Below, in pieces: positions 28,929 through 38,797 of a stretch of 64,000 nt of DNA. Location: positions 1-64,000 of the forward strand of contig VHDF01000020.1 in NCBI GenBank assembly GCA_016871495.1, written 5' to 3'. Every line of letters starts with the position of its first letter. Position 1 is the stretch's first letter. The stretch comes from Verrucomicrobiota bacterium. GTDB taxonomy: Bacteria > Verrucomicrobiota > Verrucomicrobiia > Limisphaerales > VHDF01. Both the position numbers and the translations under genes were made by a program. A model generated the notes under the pieces. The model worked only from the letters and a program-made list of their open reading frames with translations. It had not been told where the DNA came from and did no database searches.

Positions 28929-30290
28929 TTAAACCTTCGCCAGGGCTGGGTGGACCCAGGGCGCCCGGTAAGGACGGCGGAGGAGTTTGTTGGCCTCGCG
29001 GTCGCCGACGACTTCGCCTTTCACCGGATCCCATTTCAACGAACGGCCCAATTGAGCGGAAAGGTTGGCGAGCACGCAGGCGACACTGGAGATACAGCCT
29101 TGCTCGATATCGGCGACGGGCTTTCCACGGGTGCCGATATTTTCCAGAAGATCCTTCATATGGACTCGGATGGCGGAGGCGACGTGTCGTTCGAGATCCA
29201 CTTCAGTGCGATCCTCGGGGTATTTTTCGTATTCGAAGAGCGGTTCGCCTTTGAGGGTGGCTTCTTTTTTTCCGTGGGGGATGAACTCGTAGCCGCCCAC
29301 GCTCGCTTTCAGCACGCCCTTGTCGCCGTAGATGAAAGCAGCCCAGGGATATTTGGGATCGGGTGCTTCACCCCAGGAGCGGTGCGTCCAGGCCACGTGC
29401 ATGTGACCGAAATCGAAGAGGGCCGATTGGGTGTCCGAGATATTCGCCCGGGCTGCTTTGTCTTGAAGAATGCCGCCGGTGGAGCTCACGGTCGTTGGCC
29501 AGCCCAGGTCGAGCATCCAACGCACCATGTCAAGCATGTGGACGCACATGTCTCCCACGATGCCGTTGCTGTATTCCATGAAGGCTCGCCACCCGCGAGG
29601 ATGGACGATTTTGTTGTAGGGGCGCATGGGGGCGGGACCGGTCCACATTTCGTAGTCCAGGTGGGCGGGAGGCTGGGTGTCGGGGGCGGAGGAGAGCGTG
29701 TCCCGATTTCGCATGTGGTAATAGCAACAGACCTCGGCGTGGGCGACGCGTCCGAGCAGTCCTTCCTTGATGACGCGATTGCGGGCTTCGATGAGGTGGG
29801 GCGTGCTGCGGCGCTGGGTGCCGATTTGGACGACGCGTCGGTGTTTGTGCGCGGCTTTTAGCATCGTTAGGCACTCGGCCACGTCCACGCCGATGGGTTT
29901 TTGGCAGTAGATATCCGCGCCGGCTTTGCACGCTTCGATCATGGGCAGGGCGTGCCAGTGATCGGGAGTGGCGATGATGACGATATCGAGATCTTTTTCG
30001 CGCAGCATCTCGCGATAATCTTTGTAGGTGCGCGGGCGTTTTTTGGAGAGTTGGCGGCTGGCGACTTGAGTGGCGGCGTCCTCCAACATTTTGGAATCGA
30101 CGTCGCAAAGGGAGACGACGTCGACCGGGGCGATTTGGATGAGGCGGAAGAGATCGCATTTGCCGTACCAGCCGGTGCCGATGAGTCCGACCCGTTTGCG
30201 CTCGCCGACGGCGGCGGCGAAGCTGGAGTTGGTGGCGAGGGCGGCGGCGGCGGCAGCGCCCGAGGTATGGATAAAGTGTCGGCGATTCAT
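28929..30290 (-). CDS. Gfo/Idh/MocA family oxidoreductase with a TAT signal
   Basis: MNRRHFIHTSGAAAAAALA twin-arginine signal, GLIGTGWYG Rossmann motif, DIVIIATPDHWHA. Confidence 0.85.
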   Translation of the reverse strand: MNRRHFIHTSGAAAAAALATNSSFAAAVGERKRVGLIGTGWYGKCDLFRLIQIAPVDVVSLCDVDSKMLEDAATQVASRQLSKKRPRTYKDYREMLREKDLDIVIIATPDHWHALPMIEACKAGADIYCQKPIGVDVAECLTMLKAAHKHRRVVQIGTQRRSTPHLIEARNRVIKEGLLGRVAHAEVCCYYHMRNRDTLSSAPDTQPPAHLDYEMWTGPAPMRPYNKIVHPRGWRAFMEYSNGIVGDMCVHMLDMVRWMLDLGWPTTVSSTGGILQDKAARANISDTQSALFDFGHMHVAWTHRSWGEAPDPKYPWAAFIYGDKGVLKASVGGYEFIPHGKKEATLKGEPLFEYEKYPEDRTEVDLERHVASAIRVHMKDLLENIGTRGKPVADIEQGCISSVACVLANLSAQLGRSLKWDPVKGEVVGDREANKLLRRPYRAPWVHPALAKV

Positions 30291-30662
30291 GAGGGCGTTG
30301 TAAGCCGGGCACGATGAGAAAACAAGTCAACGGATTGCGGGTATTGGAGTGTCCGAAGAACTCAGATCGAATCGTTGAGACTCAACTCCGTGCCCGGCGC
30401 CGAGGTGGCGTGAATTCAGGAAAGGGATCGCTTGAAGGGGCTGATGCGACGTGTTCGGTGCAAGCGCAAATGGTCGGGAGATTCTTCTCTCGATCGAGCG
30501 GTCAAGCGCGAGGTCTTCTCCGTTGTCCGTTCCAAGCCGACTGTCGCCGTGCCGGTTGCTGTGGCGTGAACGGTGCGCTCCGGCCACTGGCGGGTTCACC
30601 GAGGCTTGTTTTGAAGCGGGTTCTGTCCTTGCCAGAATGTTGAATTCCATGAGACTCCCTGC

Positions 30663-32144
30663 ATGATTTCGAGTCCGATCTTCGCCGCCTGGCTGCTCCG
30701 TGTGCGCTCGTTCAGGCTTCCCTTTAGGGTGAGCATGGCTTTCGCGGTGTTGGTTCTGGCCGGCGTGGTGTGTCTGCTGCCGGCTCAAGCCGAGCCGACT
30801 TTCCAGCAGTGGACCGACGCGTGCGGAAAATTGCCGGCGAATCGGGTGTTGGGAGGAAGGCTCCCTCCCAAAGCGCTGCTTCCGTTGAAAGAGTTCCAGG
30901 CGTTGTCCAGTGCCCTCGACCAATTCTTGGCGATCTCGACGAACGGGCCTTTGGCCGGGAAGACCAATTGGGTGGGGCGGGTTCCGAAGCAGGAGACTTT
31001 CTTCAACACCGGCCGCGGATGGTTTATGAATCCCGAAGTTCCTTTCGAGCCGTTCGCCCAGAAGCTGGTGCTTCCCGCGGGGAGCCAGGTTTTTCTGCAA
31101 GGGGATCTGCATGGGGACATTCACTCGCTGGTCGCCGTTCTCAAGCGATTGAACGAGAGGCAATGGCTGGAGGGGTTCAAACTGAGGCGGCCGGAGTGTC
31201 GGATGGTGTTTCTCGGGGATTACACGGATCGCGGACTTTATGGGGTGGAGGTTTTGTACACGCTGATGCGGCTGAAACTGGCGAATCCGGACCAGGTGTA
31301 TTTTGTGCGGGGAAATCACGAGGATTTGAATCTCGTTGCCCGCTACGGATTTCTTGCCGAGGGCCGGGGGAAATACGGGCGCGAATTCGATGCGGCGCGC
31401 ATTCTGCGGGCCTACGATTTTTTGCCCGTCGTCATTTACCTTGGGTTGGGGCAAGACTTTGTCCAGCTTTGCCATGGTGGCATGGAGCCGGGATATGCGC
31501 CGGCGGCCTTGCTGGCTTCGCCGGGGGACATTGCTTTCGAATTGTTGGGAGAGTTGCGGCAGGCCGATTTTCTGAAGAAACATCCGAACTGGTTGTCGGG
31601 TGACGCGCCTTCGGGGGAGGAGGCGGCGCGATTTCTCAAAAATTTTGTTCCGACGGCGCCGACGACTCCGGCGGTGCTGGGATTCATGTGGAATGATTTC
31701 ACGGTCTTCAGCGATGAACCCTCGTTCGCGCACAATCCCGATCGCGCGTTTGTTTACGGGCATCCGTCCACGCGCTACTGGCTGGCTCAAGCGGGTGGAT
31801 CCAAAGCCCGCGTTCGGGCCATTATCCGGGGGCACCAACATTCCGGAATTTCGAATCCCTTGATGAGGCGGTTGGTCGCCAGCCAGGGATTGTTCCGCCA
31901 TTGGCAGGAGGCTCATTCCCCTTCCGCGCAGGCGGCGCCTCCGGCGGCACTGGCGGGAAAATTGGAGGGAGGACAGGAGCGCCGGATTCCCGAAGGAAGC
32001 GTTTGGACGTTCAACGTGGCCCCGGACAGTGTATATGGCCTGGGGTGCGACTACGGATTCGCGACCTTCGGAATTTTAGAGCTCGGGGCGGAATTTGGCG
32101 CTTGGAAAATTGCGGTGGAAACGGTTCAGGTCTCAGGACGTTGA
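30663..32144 (+). CDS. Calcineurin-like metallophosphoesterase (PPP-family phosphatase-like), secreted
   Basis: GDLHGD...VFLGDYTDRG...VRGNHE (the GDxHG / GDxxDRG / GNHE motifs). Signal-like N-terminus. Confidence 0.7.
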   Translation: MISSPIFAAWLLRVRSFRLPFRVSMAFAVLVLAGVVCLLPAQAEPTFQQWTDACGKLPANRVLGGRLPPKALLPLKEFQALSSALDQFLAISTNGPLAGKTNWVGRVPKQETFFNTGRGWFMNPEVPFEPFAQKLVLPAGSQVFLQGDLHGDIHSLVAVLKRLNERQWLEGFKLRRPECRMVFLGDYTDRGLYGVEVLYTLMRLKLANPDQVYFVRGNHEDLNLVARYGFLAEGRGKYGREFDAARILRAYDFLPVVIYLGLGQDFVQLCHGGMEPGYAPAALLASPGDIAFELLGELRQADFLKKHPNWLSGDAPSGEEAARFLKNFVPTAPTTPAVLGFMWNDFTVFSDEPSFAHNPDRAFVYGHPSTRYWLAQAGGSKARVRAIIRGHQHSGISNPLMRRLVASQGLFRHWQEAHSPSAQAAPPAALAGKLEGGQERRIPEGSVWTFNVAPDSVYGLGCDYGFATFGILELGAEFGAWKIAVETVQVSGR

Positions 32145-32325
32145 GACTGGCGTTCCCTGGGGGGGGGCAGTCGGCGGATAGGTCCTTTCGTCGGGTCGCT
32201 TGGGTCAAAGGATGGAGCCATCGACCGGACTCGCAGGGTCGAAGGATGGTCCGTCTTCCGAAAAATGGGGACTTGATCTTTCGAGGGATCGAGCAAAATG
32301 ATTCCTTCCAACGAAGACACTTTTT

Positions 32326-32559
32326 ATGGCTGACATCGCAAACAAGTATCCAACCAACATTACCGGAAAGTTTTACGTCGATAACCAGTGCATCGACTGC
32401 GACCTTTGTCGAGAGACGGCTCCGTCCAATTTCACCCGAAACGACGATGGCGGTCACAGCTTTGTCTTTAAGCAGCCCACGACACCGGAAGAAGAAGAGC
32501 AGTGCAAAGAGGCCATGGCAGGATGTCCTGTCGAGGCCATTGGCGACAATGGAGAATAG
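32326..32559 (+). CDS. Small ferredoxin (Fe-S cluster)
   Basis: YVDNQCIDCDLCRETAP...EAMAGCPVEAIG carries the Cys ligands typical of single-cluster ferredoxins. Confidence 0.7.
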   Translation: MADIANKYPTNITGKFYVDNQCIDCDLCRETAPSNFTRNDDGGHSFVFKQPTTPEEEEQCKEAMAGCPVEAIGDNGE

Positions 32560-32565
32560 CCGCTC

Positions 32566-32754
32566 ATGCATCCTCCTTTTCATGAAGGCCGCTCCACGCT
32601 GGAAGCGGTCCATTTTGGGCTGGCCTTTTACGGCATTGTGGCCTTGCTGATTGGAATGCTGACGACCTCCACCGCGGTTGCGGTGATTGGATTTGGCATG
32701 ATTTTCGTCGGGTTGGTTTTCTTCTTCCTCAACAATCTTTTCCAGGAGGACTAA
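32566..32754 (+). CDS. Small hypothetical membrane protein (two TM segments)
   Basis: Hydrophobic 62-aa ORF immediately downstream of the ferredoxin gene. Confidence 0.3.
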   Translation: MHPPFHEGRSTLEAVHFGLAFYGIVALLIGMLTTSTAVAVIGFGMIFVGLVFFFLNNLFQED

Positions 32755-34699
32755 CCCTGGCCAGGATGGCGTCCACGTCATAGACGCAGCCGCCCCAGGT
32801 GCCCCCCCCGGCCTGTTGCAAGGCGGCCCAGAGTTTCGTTTCCGGAGGCAGCGCCGGATGCGGGCTTAGTTTTTTGTCTGGGGAACGCGCCGCCAAAGCT
32901 TGGGCGGCGGTTTCGGGATCGAGTCGCTGCTCGGCGCTGCCGATAAAGTCGACGGTGCCTTTGAGTTGTTGGGGATCGATTTCGATTCGCAACCAATCAC
33001 CCGGCCTCACTTTGCCGAGAGGCCCTCCGGCGAGCGCTTCGGGGCCGACGTGTCCGATGCAGGCCCCGGTGGACACACCGGAGAATCGGGCGTCGGTCAC
33101 CAGAGCAACGTGTTTCCCGAAGGGCAGGTGTTTGAGGGCGGAAGTGAGTTGGTAGGTTTCCTCCATGCCGGTTCCCATCGGTCCGCAACCTGCGAGCACC
33201 AAGATGTCTCCGGCCTGGATTTGTCCCGACTTGATGGCGGACATGGCGTCGCGCTCGCTGTAGTAGACTTTTGCCGGTCCTTCTTTGCGGTACACCCCGT
33301 CGGAATCGAGGACGGAGGGATCGATGGAGGTGCTTTTGATCACGGAGCCTTCGGGCGCCAGATTTCCTTTTGGGAAGGTCACCGTGCTGGCGAGGCCACG
33401 AGCTTTGGCTTGGGTTGGGGCGAAGATCACATCGTCGGGATTCACTCCATCGAGTTCCTTCAAGAGTTCGCGAAAGCGCAGCCGTCTTGCGGAATTCTTC
33501 CAGGCGTCGAGGTTTTCGTCCAAGGTCGCGCCGGTGACGGTGAGCACTTGAGTGTCGAGTACTCCCAGGTCACGCAAGTGCAGCATGACTTCGGGAACAC
33601 CGCCGGCCAGGAAAACGCGGATGGTGGGATGGGGGACGGGGCCGTTGGGAAGCACGCTGACCAGCCGTGGAACCTTGCGGTTGATTTCGATCCAATCCTC
33701 GACGGTGGGGCGTTTCAATCCGGCGGCATGGGCGATGGCGGGGATATGCAGGAGCAGATTGGTGGAACCGCCGAACGCGGCATGCACGACCATGGCGTTG
33801 CGAATCGAAGCCGGGCTCAAGACTTCTCGAGTGGTTCGCTTTGACTGGAAAAGTTGGACCAGGGCACGAGCGGATTGAGAGGCCATCTCGTTCCACACCG
33901 GCTGTCCGGAGGGCGCGAGAGCGGAGTGGGGAAGGGCGAGTCCGAGGGCTTCGCCGACGACTTGAGAGGTCGCGGCCGTGCCGAGGAATTGGCAGCCTCC
34001 TCCGGGGGTGGCGCAGGCGCGGCAGCCCAGATCCGAGGCCTCCTCAAGCGAAAGCAAGCCGTGCGTGAATCGGGCGCCGATGGTTTGGACGGCTCCGGCG
34101 TCATCACCGCTGCGGGGGGGAAGCGTGACGCCGCCGGGCACGAGCACGGTGGGCAAGTCGTGGGTTGCCGCCAGGGCCATCATCATGGCGGGGAGTCCTT
34201 TGTCGCAGGTGGCAACTCCGAGCACGCCTGATCGAGTGGGAAGGGAGCGGATCAAGCGACGGAACACGATCGCGGCGTCGTTGCGGTAGGGCAAGCTGTC
34301 GAACATGCCCACGGTGCCCTGGGTGCGTCCGTCGCAGGGATCGGAACAGGCGGCGGCAAAGGGTATGGCGCCTGTATTGCGGAACGCTTCGGCGGCGGCC
34401 CGCACGAGCAATCCGATTTCCCAATGACCGGTGTGGAATCCCAAGGCGATGGGCGTGCCATCCTCGGCTCGCAAACCGCCTTGCGTGCTGAGGATGAGAA
34501 ACTCAGGCCGCCCGAGATGGCTTGGATTCCAGCCCATCCCGGCATTTTGGGTCCACCCGAACAGATCCCCGCTTGGACGTTCCCGCAGCATGGCTTCGGT
34601 GAGGGGCAGCCGGCCTTGGGGGCCCTCGGCGCGGGAGGTGATTTGGAAGATGGAGTGATTTTCTTCGGCGAGATAGCACCGGGGAGAAAGCGTCGGCAT
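32729..34699 (-). CDS. Sugar-acid dehydratase of the IlvD/EDD superfamily, YjhG/YagF (D-xylonate dehydratase) type
   Basis: 656 aa. Near full-length motif agreement with the YjhG/YagF family: [117 protein letters not shown]. Confidence 0.85.
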   Translation of the reverse strand: MPTLSPRCYLAEENHSIFQITSRAEGPQGRLPLTEAMLRERPSGDLFGWTQNAGMGWNPSHLGRPEFLILSTQGGLRAEDGTPIALGFHTGHWEIGLLVRAAAEAFRNTGAIPFAAACSDPCDGRTQGTVGMFDSLPYRNDAAIVFRRLIRSLPTRSGVLGVATCDKGLPAMMMALAATHDLPTVLVPGGVTLPPRSGDDAGAVQTIGARFTHGLLSLEEASDLGCRACATPGGGCQFLGTAATSQVVGEALGLALPHSALAPSGQPVWNEMASQSARALVQLFQSKRTTREVLSPASIRNAMVVHAAFGGSTNLLLHIPAIAHAAGLKRPTVEDWIEINRKVPRLVSVLPNGPVPHPTIRVFLAGGVPEVMLHLRDLGVLDTQVLTVTGATLDENLDAWKNSARRLRFRELLKELDGVNPDDVIFAPTQAKARGLASTVTFPKGNLAPEGSVIKSTSIDPSVLDSDGVYRKEGPAKVYYSERDAMSAIKSGQIQAGDILVLAGCGPMGTGMEETYQLTSALKHLPFGKHVALVTDARFSGVSTGACIGHVGPEALAGGPLGKVRPGDWLRIEIDPQQLKGTVDFIGSAEQRLDPETAAQALAARSPDKKLSPHPALPPETKLWAALQQAGGGTWGGCVYDVDAILARVSPPGKDC

Positions 34700-34769
34700 A
34701 TGGAGTCCGGAGTTGAATCGGCTCGCGGTGCCGAGTCAACGTTTTCGGTTGCCGATGAGGCGAGCGGGA

Positions 34770-35915
34770 CTACGGCTGCTTCTTAGGGATCGTGGAATCA
34801 GCCTTGAGGGCCCAGGTGAAGAAATCGAGCATCTGCTCATGGGACTCCCGGGTTGGCGAGTGGCCGGGCCGTGTTGTGAGCGCCACCCGATTCGTGTGAC
34901 CCAGGAGGTGGTTGATCGATCGCAGATGGTTCAGGGCCTGCCATCGTTCCACGGGATCCTCGGAGCCGCCCGAGACCCAGAATGGACGAGGGGCGATGAG
35001 GGCGTGAATCTCCTGCAAATCCATGCCGCGGGCGACCATGTTTTTGTAAGCTCCGGTTCGAGGGTTGTCTGGACTCGGCACGCCCCGGGCGGGCCTTGGT
35101 TCTTGAGGATCCAAACCAAGGTACCATGGTTCCCAGTAATTCACATTGGGACGCGATTCATCGAAGACGATGCCGGGGTCACTGACCGCGACGCAGGCAA
35201 AACGGTCCCACAAGGCGGCGGCGAACATGGCCCATTTCCCTCCGTAGGAATGGCCGACGACTCCAATGCGTTGGGGATCGATTTCCGGGCGAGCGGCCAT
35301 CGCTTGCCAGGCATTGGCGGCGACGAGAGCTTGGAACGACAGGGGTTGGCAGGTGGCCCCATCCAGGGAGGGTTTCCATGCGTTTCCACCGGGCGTGCCG
35401 ATGGAGAGGGAGGCGATGCCGCGCCGGGCGAGTTGGAGTCCGTAATCCCGCAGCGGTTCTTTCCCCAGTCCCACGCTCGTTTCAGGTTCGTAATAAACCA
35501 CCAGCGCAGCGGGGAAGGGTCCCGGCCCCGGCGGCAAGCAATACCAACCCTCGCCCTGGAGTCCTTGCGAAAAGGGAACGCGGACGCGGCTCTGGAGGAT
35601 CCCGAGACGGTTCGAAGGGGAGATTACCTCGAGCCGGGGATTATCGAGCAACGGAGGCCAGGGCCCCATCAGGCTCGTCCATGCCGCGTGGATTTGTTCG
35701 CGTCGTTTTTTCCAAAGCGCGGGGGAATCGGCCTTGGTGCCATCCGGGAAGAGCAAGGGTGAACGGTAGCTGCCGAAGGAGGATTCGAGCGGGGACGGGG
35801 GCTGAAAGAAGGAGGAAATGAGACTCCATTCCGTGGAATCAGAAGGGGACTGTGCCTGGCAGAGAGCGGCGGCGAAGGCGAGCCACGTAAACGTGATAGG
35901 GAGCCCCTGTTTCAA
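34770..35915 (-). CDS. Secreted alpha/beta-hydrolase (esterase / dienelactone hydrolase-like)
   Basis: GHSYGG (GxSxG nucleophile elbow) and signal peptide KQGLPITFTWLAFAAALCQA. A probable TTG start at 35915 overlaps the TGA stop of the upstream gene (TTGA). Confidence 0.6.
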   Translation of the reverse strand: MKQGLPITFTWLAFAAALCQAQSPSDSTEWSLISSFFQPPSPLESSFGSYRSPLLFPDGTKADSPALWKKRREQIHAAWTSLMGPWPPLLDNPRLEVISPSNRLGILQSRVRVPFSQGLQGEGWYCLPPGPGPFPAALVVYYEPETSVGLGKEPLRDYGLQLARRGIASLSIGTPGGNAWKPSLDGATCQPLSFQALVAANAWQAMAARPEIDPQRIGVVGHSYGGKWAMFAAALWDRFACVAVSDPGIVFDESRPNVNYWEPWYLGLDPQEPRPARGVPSPDNPRTGAYKNMVARGMDLQEIHALIAPRPFWVSGGSEDPVERWQALNHLRSINHLLGHTNRVALTTRPGHSPTRESHEQMLDFFTWALKADSTIPKKQP

Positions 35916-36760
35916 GTTTTGACTTTGAACAAGGCTTGGACGGATTCGTAACCGTCGACCGTCTTGATCATGTACTGAGGCAGGCTCTCGGCGGTGAGGC
36001 CCAGGATTTCCATGGCTTCGGCGCGTCCCCGGAGCGCGAAGGCCTGGTGCCCGTATCCATGGCCGAGGAAATAGGCGATCATGTTGCCGATATAGACGTA
36101 GGAGGCGCGTTGAGCGTGGGGTTTGGCTTCGGCGGGGTGGTGGTGATGCCAGATGGCGGCGACGAGGTTGGGCGGGAAGTTCCAGCGCGCGAGCAGTCGT
36201 CCGCCGATTTCGGCGTGTTGCACTCCGAGAAGCTTCTTTTCGGCTTCGAGCATGGATTGCTGGGAGTCCTCGGTTTGTTGGACCAATTTGGCATAGACAT
36301 GCTCCAGGGCTTCGGAGAGCACGATTTTGCCGATGTCGTGCATGAGGGCGGCGGTGAACACCAAGCTTTCGTCTTCGCCCTGGTCGTGGGCGATCAGACG
36401 GGCAGCGACGGCGGCGGTGACGGAGTGTTTCCACAGTTCGCCCGGCTCGATCCCGTATCCTTTTTGGGGTGGAGCCAGGGCGCGAGCGCCGCTGACGGCG
36501 GCGACCATTTGGTAAATCTGGCGGAAGCCGAGACGGGTGACGGCTTCTTGAATGTCCGTAGCCGGGGTGGCCTGGGCAAAAAAGGCGCTGTTGCAGAGCT
36601 GGAGGACGTTGGCGGTCAGAGCCTGGTCGTAGGCAATGAGCTCGACGATGCGGCTGCTATCGACGTCGGGGTCGCCGAGGAGAAGGAGAAGTTGGGGCAG
36701 GATCTTGGGGGCGGGCGGGAGCGTTTTGACTTTGTTTATGTATTCGTCAAGCTCTTGCAT
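35912..36760 (-). CDS. HDOD (HD-related output domain) signalling protein
   Basis: HDOD motifs across the protein, including LMHDIGK and conserved His residues. Confidence 0.7.
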   Translation of the reverse strand: MQELDEYINKVKTLPPAPKILPQLLLLLGDPDVDSSRIVELIAYDQALTANVLQLCNSAFFAQATPATDIQEAVTRLGFRQIYQMVAAVSGARALAPPQKGYGIEPGELWKHSVTAAVAARLIAHDQGEDESLVFTAALMHDIGKIVLSEALEHVYAKLVQQTEDSQQSMLEAEKKLLGVQHAEIGGRLLARWNFPPNLVAAIWHHHHPAEAKPHAQRASYVYIGNMIAYFLGHGYGHQAFALRGRAEAMEILGLTAESLPQYMIKTVDGYESVQALFKVKT

Positions 36761-37449
36761 AAGATCATATCGTTCATTTGGCCCGATATTTTGAGGCGAA
36801 CTCCTCCGGATTCGGTGTGGAGGAACATGGACCGGCTGACGAGTCCTCCGATTTGCTCGGCGTGGAGACGCAGGTCGTGGTGCTTGAGAATCGACATCAA
36901 GTTCTCATAATTGCGCCGTCCGATATTGAAGAAGCCCCCGGAATCGAGCACTTGGGCTCCACCCGCCGCGCAGATCACCAAGTGTTGCCGATTCGCGCCC
37001 AATGCTTCAACGGCCCGCAACAAAGCGGGAATGCCCGTGTCGATGAACATCGCGGGTTGTGAGGCGGCTTTGCGGGGTTCGATGGAGGAATCTGGAAGCA
37101 TCATGTGCACCAAACCGCCCACCCGGGATTGGGGATCGTAAGCGGACACGCCGATGCAGGAGCCGAGGGAATACGTGCTCAAGACCGGACCGGGTTTGTT
37201 TGTGGCTGCGAGATCCGCGATGCCGACAATGACCTTGGGTTGACTCGCGTGCGGTGCAATGGCTGTGGGCGGAATCTCGGAAGGAGGCTGGATGGAGGGG
37301 AAACGGCTCAGGCGTGGCAGGATGTCCGAGCCCTGAAGGTTGGATTCGAGGATTCTCCCGACTGGAACCGGCCGGGATGGGGAAACAGCGGGCCAAGGCA
37401 AGGCGCGAAGGACCGGTTTCGGGACGGGAGGGGCAGGGGAAAGCGCCAC
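36736..37449 (-). CDS. cheD: CheD-like chemoreceptor glutamine deamidase
   Basis: GIADLAA...LGSCIGVSAYDP (catalytic Cys) ...GGLVHMMLP... matches the CheD fold. There is a Pro-rich N-terminal extension and the start is uncertain. Confidence 0.65.
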   Translation of the reverse strand: MALSPAPPVPKPVLRALPWPAVSPSRPVPVGRILESNLQGSDILPRLSRFPSIQPPSEIPPTAIAPHASQPKVIVGIADLAATNKPGPVLSTYSLGSCIGVSAYDPQSRVGGLVHMMLPDSSIEPRKAASQPAMFIDTGIPALLRAVEALGANRQHLVICAAGGAQVLDSGGFFNIGRRNYENLMSILKHHDLRLHAEQIGGLVSRSMFLHTESGGVRLKISGQMNDMILCKSLTNT

Positions 37450-37598
37450 CGGACGGGACGGATGGCGATCCGGGCCGCCGCTTCATGGGTTGGTTGGATC
37501 TGGAGCATTGAGCGCTGGAAGGGCGATTCTTTAGGACAAAGCTGCGCGGAGAACAAACGGGATTGTTCCAGGCTTCAAGATTTTTGCAAGGATGGTAG

Positions 37599-37729
37599 CC
37601 CGGATATTTCATGCACGGAACGCCCGGTGAGAACCCCGGGCCTGCAAACACAGAGGTCGTCGCGATGGTAGGCCGCGTGCCTCACGCGGCGCACTGTCGC
37701 GGATTCAAGCTCAGTATGAAATATCCGGG
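37599..37729. repeat. Family-2 palindromic intergenic repeat, copy 2
   Basis: Perfect 14-bp terminal inverted repeats cccggatatttcat / atgaaatatccggg. The internal core is almost identical to 5605..5733. Confidence 0.6.
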
Positions 37730-37804
37730 CCAAGAGGGATATTCGTGCTGGTGATGTTTGGAATCCGGTCTTGTTTCGGCCTCAGCCCGGGGTATGTTTC
37801 CATG

Positions 37805-38797
37805 ATGAAAGTGTTTTCCTTCCTGAAATCGGAATCGCGATCCCGAGGCCGCCGGGTTCGCGCAACGCGATGCCACCGGCCATGGCTGGCCTTGCTGCTT
37901 GGGTTCGGATGTCTGGGGACCAGGGCCGACGCGATGGCTGCGGATGCGGTGTATTCCGGACCGCAGATTGGGGAGAAGACAACCCCCTTCAAAGTGGTGG
38001 AAGTCCTGGGCGAGAACACGGGCCGCGAGCGGGATCCGGTGATGGAAAACAAAGGGGCACCCACCGCTTGGGTATTTGTGCATGGCATTGAGCGGTCCAT
38101 GGTGCCGTTGTTGAGGGTGATCGATCAGTACGGGGTGGAGAGGCGTTCGTTATTGAAAACGGAGATTGTGTTCCTGGCCGCAGATCGCGTGGATGGCGAG
38201 CGACGTGTCAAAGCCGCGGCGAGTTCCCTCAAGTTGCAGGGCAAAGTGGGTTTGTCCCTGGACGGAGGAGAGGGACCCGGAAATTATGGATTGAACAAGG
38301 AATGCCTGATGACGGTGCTGGCCGGGAAAGAAGACCGTGTTGCCGCCAATTTCGCGCTGGTCCAGCCCGGTATCGCGGACGCGCCGAAAATTCTGGCCGC
38401 GCTGGCCGCCGTCGCCGGAGACAAAGCTCCGCCGACCGTGGAACAATTGACGGAGAAGTCCATGGCTCGAAGCGGAGCGGGCCGCGCGCCGGGTGCCGTG
38501 ATGGCGGGAAGCCAGGAAAAGCCCAAGGAGAATTTCCCGGGAGCGGTTCCGACCGACGCCAAACTCCAGGGGATGCTACGCAATTACATTCGACCCACGC
38601 AAGAAGCGGCGGCCGTCGATGCCCTTCTGGTCGAGATCAAGGCTTACATCAAGGACAGCGAAGATCTGAAAAAGCAGGCGATCGACGGGTGGACTCGGGT
38701 CCTGCATTTCGGCGACCGTTACGGAAATGAGTATTCCCGAAAAGTTGGGCGGGAATTCTTGGAGCAACTGCAGCGAGCGCCTGAGCGGAAGCCATGA
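37805..38797 (+). CDS. Hypothetical secreted protein
   Basis: Signal peptide (RPWLALLLGFGCLGTRADA). No recognisable domain. Confidence 0.45.
   Translation: MKVFSFLKSESRSRGRRVRATRCHRPWLALLLGFGCLGTRADAMAADAVYSGPQIGEKTTPFKVVEVLGENTGRERDPVMENKGAPTAWVFVHGIERSMVPLLRVIDQYGVERRSLLKTEIVFLAADRVDGERRVKAAASSLKLQGKVGLSLDGGEGPGNYGLNKECLMTVLAGKEDRVAANFALVQPGIADAPKILAALAAVAGDKAPPTVEQLTEKSMARSGAGRAPGAVMAGSQEKPKENFPGAVPTDAKLQGMLRNYIRPTQEAAAVDALLVEIKAYIKDSEDLKKQAIDGWTRVLHFGDRYGNEYSRKVGREFLEQLQRAPERKP

Noticed and set aside
30327-31916. 529-aa minus-strand ORF
   Set aside because: It is antisense to the metallophosphoesterase gene (30663-32144), which has clear GDxHG/GDxxDRG/GNHE motifs. The product is Arg/Pro-rich and low-complexity.
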